IMG/VR virus record: IMGVR_UViG_3300030372_003502
Location: 1-47,989 of that record
Length of the DNA stretch: 47,989 nt
Direction: 5' to 3' (one strand)
From: a virus
Lineage: Duplodnaviria; Caudoviricetes
Part shown: positions 28,068 to 35,886 of the stretch, one piece after another
Position numbering within the stretch: the first letter of the stretch is position 1
How the letters are laid out: every line of letters begins with the position of its first letter
Notes under the pieces: generated by a model
Databases searched by the model: none
The model's input: the letters and a program-made list of their open reading frames with translations, nothing else
What the model was told of the DNA's origin: nothing
Position numbers and translations under genes: made by a program

Positions 28068-28758
28068 TACAGAATGGTCAGGACCAGCGTGGTACAAGCT
28101 AGAAGAAGATACATGGAACTTAGTATATTTTATACCAATAGACCTAGGTAGTCATAGTGCTACAGAGTTCAAGGGTAAAGATTTGCTAAAGATAATGAAA
28201 GAAGTACAGAAAACAGTCGATATAACAGGCTGTTATCAAGGAATTATACACTCTCATCATGGAATGGGTGCATTTCACAGTGGAACAGATGATACAGAGC
28301 TCAAAGAGGGTGCAAATAGAGTAGGTTATCCATCATTGGTAGTAGCACATACTAAAGAAAAACATGCCTTTAAATGGTCATATGAAGACCAGTTTGGGGA
28401 AGTACACCTAGTAGATGGTGAAGTAAATGTGCAAACACCTGATGTAGAACCAGAAGCTGTATGGGTAGAACAGGCTGATAAAATAGAGAAAGCAGCTAAG
28501 AAGAGACCTAAAGTAGTGACTGGGGTAGGCTACTACAATAACCAAGCTAGTCTATGGGGAAATCAAAACGCAAAGACTAGATATGACGGTTGGGGTAAAA
28601 TATGGCATGACCCAGGCGAAATAGAGTACAACAGTGAGTATGAGAAAATGGAAACTGCAGAAAAGCTCTATCAAGCAGGTAAGATGACTAAGAAAAAATA
28701 TAGTAAAGCTAAAAAGAAATGGGAAGCATTTGAAAAAGACCATTTCGGGATTATATAA
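28003..28758 (+). CDS. JAB/MPN+ (JAMM) metallo-isopeptidase
   Basis: EWSG ... IHSHHGMGAFHSGTD = E..HxH.x7.SxxD; ATG at 28003 with AGAGGAG RBS. Confidence 0.88.
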   Translation: MDLNIPNQLQNQINYLLTRFPSTEWSGPAWYKLEEDTWNLVYFIPIDLGSHSATEFKGKDLLKIMKEVQKTVDITGCYQGIIHSHHGMGAFHSGTDDTELKEGANRVGYPSLVVAHTKEKHAFKWSYEDQFGEVHLVDGEVNVQTPDVEPEAVWVEQADKIEKAAKKRPKVVTGVGYYNNQASLWGNQNAKTRYDGWGKIWHDPGEIEYNSEYEKMETAEKLYQAGKMTKKKYSKAKKKWEAFEKDHFGII

Positions 28759-29534
28759 TGCTTAGATATCTTAGAAATAAAGACCTCATTAATCAATCTT
28801 TACTAGATGAAGTAACTATAATAGGGGCTGGTGGAATAGCATCAGCCCTTGTTACTATGTTAGCTCAAATGGGATTTAATAAGTTTCACATTTGGGATGA
28901 TGACAAACTGGAAGAACATAATTTAAGCACAACAGCTTATCCTCCAAGTCTTTTAGGACAAAAGAAAGTTAAATGTGCTGCAGATATGATTTGGATGTAT
29001 GGTGAAAAACCAGACATAACAATGAATGACAAAAGATGGGAACCAGGAGATTATCTATCTAATATAGTACTATTAACTCCAGATAACATGGAGACAAGGT
29101 TAGATGTCCATATGGATTGGAAGAGAAATACTAATAGAAAAGCTCTAATCGATATGCGTATGGGTGCGTTAACAATGGAAGTTATTTCAGTAGATAAAGA
29201 TAATGATAATTTTGCAAAAACATGGCAACCAAGTAGCAAAATATCAGATGAGGCATGCACAGCAAAGCATACAATCTTTACTGCAAATGTAGTTGCAGGA
29301 TTAGGTGCAAGTCAATTATTTAATGTCTTGCATAATAGGTCCTATTGGCAGTATATTAGGCAGTCGTTGGCACCTCTATCCTTCGGTAGAGAGTTTCCAG
29401 TAAATAAAATAACAGAGGTAAAAGATAATGGCACTGAAAAAAGTGAAAACAAAACCCGTGTCGATAAATCCAGGCATAATGTTATTGTACGGACCACCCA
29501 AGGTCGGCAAGACAACTATGCTAAGCAAACTTGA
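28758..29534 (+). CDS. E1/ThiF-family adenylyltransferase
   Basis: IIGAGGIAS, WDDDKLEEHNL, KKVK, PDNMETR, candidate catalytic Cys in DEACTAK. Confidence 0.92.
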   Translation: MLRYLRNKDLINQSLLDEVTIIGAGGIASALVTMLAQMGFNKFHIWDDDKLEEHNLSTTAYPPSLLGQKKVKCAADMIWMYGEKPDITMNDKRWEPGDYLSNIVLLTPDNMETRLDVHMDWKRNTNRKALIDMRMGALTMEVISVDKDNDNFAKTWQPSSKISDEACTAKHTIFTANVVAGLGASQLFNVLHNRSYWQYIRQSLAPLSFGREFPVNKITEVKDNGTEKSENKTRVDKSRHNVIVRTTQGRQDNYAKQT

Positions 29535-30093
29535 TAATTGCTTGATTATCGATACTGAAAACGGTAGTAGCATGGTAGAAGGCTACATCGAAAAAGTAAA
29601 CAATAGGCAAGAACTTATAAACCTTGTTAAAGAAGCTAAAGATGGACATGATTACAAATACTTTGCTATAGATACTATAGACAAGGTGGTAGACTGGGCT
29701 GAGAAAGCCGTATGTCGAGAGTATGAAGTACCTTCTATAGCTGACTTATCATTTGGTAAGGGTTATGCCTTGACAAGAGAAAAAGTAATGGGAACTATAC
29801 ACAATTTAAAAAGCTGTGTAGACCATTTAATTGTAATAGGGCATAGAAAAGTAGCAAGAGCAATCGTAGACGGCAAAGCAATAGTAGAACCTGAAAGCTT
29901 AGATATTACAGGTAAACTAAAAAACATGATAATGTCAGATTGTGATGCTATTGGCTATGTTCATAGAGAAGAAGATAAACTAATGATTTCATTCAAAGCA
30001 AACGAAGCTGTAGAAGCTGGCAGTAGATGTGAGCATCTAAAAGGTCAAATTATTGACTTTGATTGGAGCGAAATATACAAAAAGGAGAAATAA
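29428..30093 (+). CDS. Sak4-like AAA ATPase (ssDNA annealing recombinase)
   Basis: YGPPKVGKTT, IIDTENG, AIDTID, FGKGY, IGH motifs. Confidence 0.85.
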   Translation: MALKKVKTKPVSINPGIMLLYGPPKVGKTTMLSKLDNCLIIDTENGSSMVEGYIEKVNNRQELINLVKEAKDGHDYKYFAIDTIDKVVDWAEKAVCREYEVPSIADLSFGKGYALTREKVMGTIHNLKSCVDHLIVIGHRKVARAIVDGKAIVEPESLDITGKLKNMIMSDCDAIGYVHREEDKLMISFKANEAVEAGSRCEHLKGQIIDFDWSEIYKKEK

Positions 30094-30711
30094 ATGGGTA
30101 TTATAAGACCTAAAGGTAAAAGTAGTAACGAAACAAGCAATTATTATGGTATTTGCGATATAGCAGTACTATCATTTAGAGATAAAAGTGAAAACTTTGA
30201 TTGGGCTGATGTCTATCTAGAAGTCGAAGTCCAACAAAAAGGCAGTGATTACACAAAAACGATTAGATTAGCTGGCTCATTAGATAGAGACCCAGATGGC
30301 TCCGTAACAGGTGGCTCAGTACTTAATCGCCTATACCACTTCTTTGATGTGCTAGGTGTAACAGCGGGTATTAACGCTAAAGGTGCATTCGAGACCGAAG
30401 ACGGACAACCCATAGAGAATATATCTAAGTATCTAACCGAGAATCACTCATGTGGAACAGAAGAGCCAACTACTTTTCCATACCTAGCTTATGTTTACAA
30501 AGAGAAGCCTAAGCAACCAGGTGGGAAAGTATACACAAGAGTTCACCATAAAATAAATGTCAACAGCGAAGAAGGCAGAAGGAAGCTTACAGAAGATGTG
30601 ACATGGTTCAAGAGCAAAGGCTTTATTAAAGAAGCAGCTCCAGAACAGCCTAAATCTACAGCAGCAGAGGTCGAAGAAATCTTTGGCTCTGATGCATTGG
30701 GCAATATGTAG
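30094..30711 (+). CDS. Putative single-stranded DNA-binding protein
   Basis: Follows Sak4-like gene; beta-rich with acidic C-terminal tail; positional inference. Confidence 0.55.
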   Translation: MGIIRPKGKSSNETSNYYGICDIAVLSFRDKSENFDWADVYLEVEVQQKGSDYTKTIRLAGSLDRDPDGSVTGGSVLNRLYHFFDVLGVTAGINAKGAFETEDGQPIENISKYLTENHSCGTEEPTTFPYLAYVYKEKPKQPGGKVYTRVHHKINVNSEEGRRKLTEDVTWFKSKGFIKEAAPEQPKSTAAEVEEIFGSDALGNM

Positions 30712-32471
30712 TGGACTATATTGAGATAGCAAAAGGGAGTCCGAGAAATCGTGGCTCCCTTATTCTCAAAAAAGACCTACTAAGGCATCTAGATAAAAAT
30801 GTACCTCTGTATAGGAGTGTTTATCTGTATGATAAATCAGCCTATGAGTTTGCAGAAGCAACAGGTAGTCTTAAAAACTACTTTGGTAAAAGAGGTATAG
30901 ACCATATTATACTAGACATAGATAAAGGAGATAGTTCAAATGAGCATACAAGACAAAAAGCAATCGGGATTGTGGTCAGCCTTGAAGAGTTTGATATATC
31001 ACAAAACTCTATCCAATGCTATTTTTCTGGCACTGGTTACCATATTGTTGTCCCAAATGCTTGCTTTGGCTTTACACCTAGTGATAACCTTCATTACAGT
31101 GTTAAATCGACTATAGCAAAGTTATTTCCTTCAGCAGATAATAGTATATTTATGCGAACTGGTATTTACAGAGTAGCACATACTGTAAATAGAAAGACTA
31201 ACTTATACAAGATACCTATAAGTGTACAAGAGTTATTTGACACAGATATAGATATGGTAGAGTTGGCTAAAGATGCTAGAATAGGATACGCCTACAGCGA
31301 AAGAGTAGGCAATAACGAGCTAAGTAAGTACATAGTAACAGAAGCACCTAGAATACAACAGGCTAAAAAGACAAACGAGCCTATGGATGTAGTGCCTTGC
31401 GTGCAGAAAATGCTTAAAATGGGACCTCAAGAAGGTAATAGAAATCAAACCTTGATGAGGATAGCTTCACATTGTGCTAGACACGGCATACCATCAGAAT
31501 ATGCAAAAGCAATGATACTTCATTGGAACAACAACTCTTTAGATAGGAACGAAGTTATCGAAAAGACAGAGTATGTTTACAATAGAGGTTACAAGTATGG
31601 ATGTCAAGACTCTATCATGAGTGAAAACTGTCAAACCAGATGTATTTACTTTAAACGAAAAGACTATCTTGTTGACGTAAAGAATGTAGAAGACCTACAA
31701 GCAGACTTAACAGCTAGATTGACAACAGATTTTAGTGGTCGAACTATTAATGTTGGCAAAGCACTAGGTATACAAGCAGATTGCGAAATATATCCAGGCG
31801 AACTAGTAACTATATTTGGACCAACGGGTTCAGGTAAAACTACTTTTGCACAGAATCTAGCATTGGGTGTTGATTTCGCTAATGATAAAATAAATACGGA
31901 CTCTCAAATTCCATGTTTATATTTATCACTAGAGTTATCAGCATGGTATATGCATCGTAGAAACCTACAGATAGTAAGTGGGCTAGATAAAGACCAAGTA
32001 ACAAACAACTTTGAAGAAGTGTATAACTTGCACAAAGAAAAGCTTAGTCATTTGGTTATACAAACTGTAGCACCAAATCTAGACCAGATACAACAAAAAG
32101 TTAGAGAACTTCAACCAGCCGTAGTAGTTATCGACTATATCGATTTAATAAGCACAAATTCACGGTATATGGGCGAGTATGAGCAGATTAAACAAGTTTC
32201 TCATTATTTATCTAACTTAGCAGTCAACATGGATATAATAATAATACAGATAAGCCAGGTGAGTAGAGATTACAGCCGAAACGAGGCATTAGACCTGTAT
32301 GCAGGTAAAGGTTCAGGTGCGATAGAGAATGCCAGTCGTAAAGTTATAGGCTTAAACGGCCAAGCAAATGAAGATACAAAGAAAGTTAGTATGTTTAAGA
32401 ATACTGACGGTGAGCTATTTGATACTGATGTTGTTTGGCAGCCTTCATTTAGATTAAGGAGAACAGAATGA
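30711..32471 (+). CDS. AEP primase(-polymerase) / PriCT / SF4 DnaB-like helicase fusion
   Basis: ILDID, FSGTGYH, EGNRNQTL, Cys cluster, Walker A GPTGSGKT, SLEL, VIDYIDLI, QISQ, GSGAIE. Confidence 0.9.
   Translation: MDYIEIAKGSPRNRGSLILKKDLLRHLDKNVPLYRSVYLYDKSAYEFAEATGSLKNYFGKRGIDHIILDIDKGDSSNEHTRQKAIGIVVSLEEFDISQNSIQCYFSGTGYHIVVPNACFGFTPSDNLHYSVKSTIAKLFPSADNSIFMRTGIYRVAHTVNRKTNLYKIPISVQELFDTDIDMVELAKDARIGYAYSERVGNNELSKYIVTEAPRIQQAKKTNEPMDVVPCVQKMLKMGPQEGNRNQTLMRIASHCARHGIPSEYAKAMILHWNNNSLDRNEVIEKTEYVYNRGYKYGCQDSIMSENCQTRCIYFKRKDYLVDVKNVEDLQADLTARLTTDFSGRTINVGKALGIQADCEIYPGELVTIFGPTGSGKTTFAQNLALGVDFANDKINTDSQIPCLYLSLELSAWYMHRRNLQIVSGLDKDQVTNNFEEVYNLHKEKLSHLVIQTVAPNLDQIQQKVRELQPAVVVIDYIDLISTNSRYMGEYEQIKQVSHYLSNLAVNMDIIIIQISQVSRDYSRNEALDLYAGKGSGAIENASRKVIGLNGQANEDTKKVSMFKNTDGELFDTDVVWQPSFRLRRTE
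30733..30764 (+). terminator. Terminator-like hairpin within 5' end of primase-helicase gene
   Basis: AAGGGAGTC-CGA-GAAA-TCG-T-GGCTCCCTT then ATT. Confidence 0.55.
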
Positions 32472-32698
32472 TGCTAGGCTTATTGTTAACAATCATGAAA
32501 AGTGGGAATGCGTTATACTTTAGAATACTAAACCTGTTTCATATCGGATTTATCAATAAAAATGATAAAGAAGGTACTGGAGCAAAAGTCATACTAGGTA
32601 TACACAGATTACAATTCGACTTTTCAATAACCATGAGGAACTATGATTATGTCAAATACAGAGTCAAAAACGAAGAGGGTCCTACGGCATCTGCTTAG
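32468..32698 (+). CDS. Hypothetical protein
   Basis: 76 aa; ATGA coupled; AAGGAG RBS. Confidence 0.65.
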   Translation: MMLGLLLTIMKSGNALYFRILNLFHIGFINKNDKEGTGAKVILGIHRLQFDFSITMRNYDYVKYRVKNEEGPTASA

Positions 32699-32861
32699 TG
32701 GACTAAAGCTAACTCCTATGGAAGCTTATCGAAGCTACCATACAATGCGATTAGGTGCAATAATACATACACTAAGAAACGGATACGAAGGTAAGGCTTA
32801 TAATATAGTCAACCTTAACCCAAGTGGGAAACATGCGGAATACCAAATCCAAAAAGACTAG
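32643..32861 (+). CDS. Winged helix-turn-helix protein (HTH_39-like)
   Basis: VLRHL..G..LTPMEA.....MRLGAIIHTLR..GY pattern. Confidence 0.8.
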   Translation: MIMSNTESKTKRVLRHLLSGLKLTPMEAYRSYHTMRLGAIIHTLRNGYEGKAYNIVNLNPSGKHAEYQIQKD

Positions 32862-33312
32862 GAGAAGGCAACAAGTGGACTGGGAGAAGCTTTATATGAA
32901 GAAGCTTCTTCCTATCCACAAGAACCATTCTAAAAAGATTTATCATAGAATGATGAAGAAGTCTTCGACCCTCAAATCCTCATTAAAAAGAAGGAGCAGG
33001 GAGTATGAAGTGGAATTTAAAGTATCACTTACTGAAATTAGACAATTACTTTATAAATCTTATGGGAGACCATGCGTATATTGCAACGAAACTTTGGTTG
33101 TGGGTAATATGGCATGTGACCATATTATCCCTTTATCTTTGGGTGGTGGTTCGATTATCAAAAACCTACATATAGTATGTGGTAGGTGTAACACCAGAAA
33201 AGGGCCATTAACACATATAGATTATAAAAATCTACTAAAAAGCCTTAGCAAGCTACCAGAAGATGTGTCTAAGTATGTATTAAGAAAGTTAGCGAAATCA
33301 GAGATGTTTTAA
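32824..33312 (+). CDS. HNH endonuclease
   Basis: CVYC..DHIIPLSLGG....NL...CGRCN..KG; real start may be GTG at 32875. Confidence 0.9.
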   Translation: MGNMRNTKSKKTRRRQQVDWEKLYMKKLLPIHKNHSKKIYHRMMKKSSTLKSSLKRRSREYEVEFKVSLTEIRQLLYKSYGRPCVYCNETLVVGNMACDHIIPLSLGGGSIIKNLHIVCGRCNTRKGPLTHIDYKNLLKSLSKLPEDVSKYVLRKLAKSEMF

Positions 33313-33317
33313 TAAAT

Positions 33318-33397
33318 AAGTTGCCCTGTGAGACTCACGTCAGGTTGAGCGATACGGAACAGCGTATGCGATAGAACTACCGAGCATGGGCAACTTT
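33318..33397 (+). ncRNA. Candidate structured leader RNA before radical SAM gene
   Basis: Closing stem AAGTTGCCCTGTG/CATGGGCAACTT with internal hairpins CTCA/TGAG and ATACG/CGTAT. Confidence 0.5.
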
Positions 33398-33411
33398 AGC
33401 AAAGGAGAAAT

Positions 33412-34263
33412 ATGAAATATGTAAATAGGAAAGCTATGAAGATTCGAGAATCTGGTCGTAGCAGTGATTTTATTACACCATCATTTGGCTTTGGTTGTTT
33501 ATACAGATGTAGCTATTGCTATATGCGTAGACATTTACCAAATGGCCTTACAATAGCAGAAAATACTAACGATATACTAACAGCATTAGACAGACATATA
33601 TGGCTGTTAGACTGGCCTAAAAAGCCTAATCAAACGCATGAAAAGTATTATACATACGACTTTAGCTGCAATGAAGACTTTGTACTACATGCTAAATATC
33701 ATGAATGGGAAAAGGTATTTGACTACTTTAAATATCATGACAAAGCGTTTGGTACTGCTGCAACAAAGTATGTAAACAAAAACTTATTAGATTATAATGC
33801 AAACAGAAAGGTTAGAATTAGATTTAGTCTAATGCCACAAGTTATATCTAACAAAGTAGAGCCTGGTACTAGTAAAATTATAGACAGAATTAAAGCTGTT
33901 AATGACTTTTACGAAGCAGGTTATGATGTACATCTTAACTACTCACCTATTATAGTTTACGAAAACTATTTGGATGATTATAAAAAGTTGTTTAAATTGG
34001 TAGACACTATTATTGATGATTCAATAAAAGATAACGTCAAAGCTGAATGCATATTCCTTACACACAACAAGAAAATGCATATTATAAACAACGAAGAAGT
34101 AGAAAGATTACTGTGGAAACCTAGTATACAAGAAACTAAGATATCACAGTATGGAAATAAGAACATACGATATAAGTATGAGCTTAAAAGAAAATTTATA
34201 AATAGCTTTTTAAATGTGCACGAACAAGAAGTGCCATGGCAAAAAGTTAGATATATATTCTAA
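33412..34263 (+). CDS. Spore photoproduct lyase-family radical SAM protein
   Basis: GCLYRCSYCY (CxxxCxxC), DFSCNED (Cys at the position of SPL C141), ATK, RIRFSLMP, EPGT...R, GYDVHLNYSPII. Confidence 0.85.
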   Translation: MKYVNRKAMKIRESGRSSDFITPSFGFGCLYRCSYCYMRRHLPNGLTIAENTNDILTALDRHIWLLDWPKKPNQTHEKYYTYDFSCNEDFVLHAKYHEWEKVFDYFKYHDKAFGTAATKYVNKNLLDYNANRKVRIRFSLMPQVISNKVEPGTSKIIDRIKAVNDFYEAGYDVHLNYSPIIVYENYLDDYKKLFKLVDTIIDDSIKDNVKAECIFLTHNKKMHIINNEEVERLLWKPSIQETKISQYGNKNIRYKYELKRKFINSFLNVHEQEVPWQKVRYIF

Positions 34264-34359
34264 ATTTGGGAAGTAGCTAACTTATTAATTAATTATAACT
34301 AATATGAATAATTCGATTATAAGTTGAAATCTCGTCGAAAAGATGCTTCCCATTAAATT

Positions 34360-34516
34360 AGCAAGTACACGGCTACACCATATGTTTGACAACATTGCCG
34401 AATAAGTTAGGTATCCTACTGCGTGAGCACTGGTGGGGCTACTTCCATGGGTTTTTGGTTAACTCCTTTTGACCCGCTCCTTGTGAGTCCTTTAAAACCT
34501 AACTTTTGTACTTGCT
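34360..34516 (+). ncRNA. Candidate multi-branch sRNA containing an anti-Shine-Dalgarno tract
   Basis: Nested stems AGCAAGTACA/TGTACTTGCT and AAGTTAGGT/ACCTAACTT; loop TTTTTGGTTAACTCCTTTT. Confidence 0.5.
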
Positions 34517-34541
34517 ATATATACTGTTTATTTAGTAAATT
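34512..34541 (+). promoter_or_regulatory. sigma70-like promoter TTGCTA-N18-TAAATT
   Basis: 10 nt upstream of ATG 34552, which has no SD. Confidence 0.5.
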
Positions 34542-34551
34542 TAGAGTCCTT

Positions 34552-34788
34552 ATGATAGAGACTAAACAATGTTTTTCATGTGGACAAATGGTATATGTTC
34601 ACGATTGCCACTATCAGTGTACCCGATGTGGATACGCTGAAAATTGACAAGATATATCTGGGAGGTACTCTCAGAAAGGAAAAGTAAATGAAGTCAAGAA
34701 AAAGGGCGAAAATATTAGAAGGAATGAAGGAAAAGTCGTTAATAGCAGAGAAAAATCTAAGAGACTACATAGAGAAAAAGTACGGTAA
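34552..34788 (+). CDS. Zn-ribbon protein, candidate selenoprotein (TGA 34645..34647 as Sec; 31 aa if TGA is a stop, 78 aa if read through)
   Basis: CFSC..C...CTRCGYAEN-TGA-QDIS; hairpin TCTGGGAG-GTA-CTCTCAGA 9 nt after TGA. Confidence 0.55.
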
Positions 34789-34888
34789 GATAAACCTTGG
34801 TTTCGTCGGCGAAGGTGAGTCAAAATCTTGGATAGGAGAGGACAATGAAGCAAATACTAGCAAAAGGGTTCGCAAAAAAGGACACTAA
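34688..34888 (+). CDS. Hypothetical protein
   Basis: 66 aa; AAGGA RBS. Confidence 0.6.
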   Translation: MKSRKRAKILEGMKEKSLIAEKNLRDYIEKKYGKINLGFVGEGESKSWIGEDNEANTSKRVRKKGH

Positions 34889-35108
34889 AGCCTATAGACC
34901 TGATAAAGAAACAGGTAAATGGAGAGGTGCAGAAACTCAAAATGGAAACTTTGTAACTATTAAGCCAGGCTGGACAGCTGAATTTAAAGTAAATGGTAAA
35001 AAACATACACTAGAGTTATGGGCATTTAACAATAGGTGGGGCGCACAAAGTATGTTCTATAAGCTTAAAAAAGTAAAAGAGGAGGACAGTCTTGAAGAAA
35101 CCATGTAA
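34845..35108 (+). CDS. Hypothetical protein
   Basis: 87 aa; GGAGAGG RBS. Confidence 0.7.
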   Translation: MKQILAKGFAKKDTKAYRPDKETGKWRGAETQNGNFVTIKPGWTAEFKVNGKKHTLELWAFNNRWGAQSMFYKLKKVKEEDSLEETM

Positions 35109-35376
35109 ACCTACATTACAAGAAGAGTATGCCTTTGAACATAAGCAAAGAGTAAAAGCTGAAGAATATATAGCAGAGGTATGGGAAATGAATCAAGAAC
35201 TTACAAATGAGGTTATAAGGCTACAGAATAAGCTAAACAAGCTAACCCCTTACAAAGAAGAAAAACAGCCTTTAACGGCCGAAATAAAGCTTCAGAATAG
35301 AATTAAACAAATTATGGATGACAGAAACAGGTGTTATAGTCAATTTGATACTATAATAAAAAAGGCACTAAAATGA
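35092..35376 (+). CDS. Hypothetical coiled-coil protein
   Basis: 94 aa; TTG start with GAGGAGG RBS. Confidence 0.65.
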   Translation: MKKPCKPTLQEEYAFEHKQRVKAEEYIAEVWEMNQELTNEVIRLQNKLNKLTPYKEEKQPLTAEIKLQNRIKQIMDDRNRCYSQFDTIIKKALK

Positions 35377-35495
35377 GCCCTAATAAAAGAAAAAAACTTA
35401 TACATCATGTATTTAATGTAATGAACAGGAAAGACAAAGGCAGGAAAAGAAAAGCTGCTACAACAAACAAATGGGGAAGGATTATAAATGGATAA
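35373..35495 (+). CDS. Small basic protein (40 aa)
   Basis: Not in ORF track; ATGA coupled, fills the gap. Confidence 0.5.
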   Translation: MSPNKRKKLIHHVFNVMNRKDKGRKRKAATTNKWGRIING

Positions 35496-35802
35496 CTTGC
35501 AACTTAAAACACCTATTAGCGAATGTGGTTTTTCAAAAAGAACTCAGTCTGTATTAAAAAGTGTTAATATAGAATATCTAGAAGAATTGTCTAATATGTA
35601 CAATGCTAATTATTTACTAGTAAATTTAAGAAAATGGAGAAATGCTGGTAGAAAAACGCTTACGGAAATAGAGTATAAAATAAAAGATAAAGGACTAAGT
35701 CGATATCACATAAAAGTAGATTTAGAGCCTTTTAAAAAAGAAGAAAAAAGTATTGCAGACGGCTTATTTGAAATAGCTAAAGCAATAAGGGAGAGCAAAT
35801 GA
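35488..35802 (+). CDS. Stand-alone RNA polymerase alpha-subunit C-terminal domain-like protein
   Basis: TPISECGFSKRTQSVLKSVNIEYLEEL...WRNAGRKTLTEI parallels the RpoA CTD (LTVRSANCLK..I.YIGDL...PNLGKKSLTEI). Confidence 0.8.
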   Translation: MDNLQLKTPISECGFSKRTQSVLKSVNIEYLEELSNMYNANYLLVNLRKWRNAGRKTLTEIEYKIKDKGLSRYHIKVDLEPFKKEEKSIADGLFEIAKAIRESK

Positions 35803-35886
35803 GCACTGATTTAAGGGCAGTAAGAGGTATTTTTAGACAATTAAATAATATTATATTTGGCTATGAAAAGCCGAAAGGGAGGACAC

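Noticed and set aside
26171-29534. Thiamine/molybdopterin sulfur-carrier (ThiS-ThiF) auxiliary metabolic genes
   Set aside because: No ThiG, MoaE or rhodanese seen, and an E2-like gene lies within the cassette, favouring protein conjugation
34423-34551. 5' extension of the 74-aa ORF 34423..34647
   Set aside because: Overlaps a structured RNA and a promoter; ATG 34552 is the more plausible start
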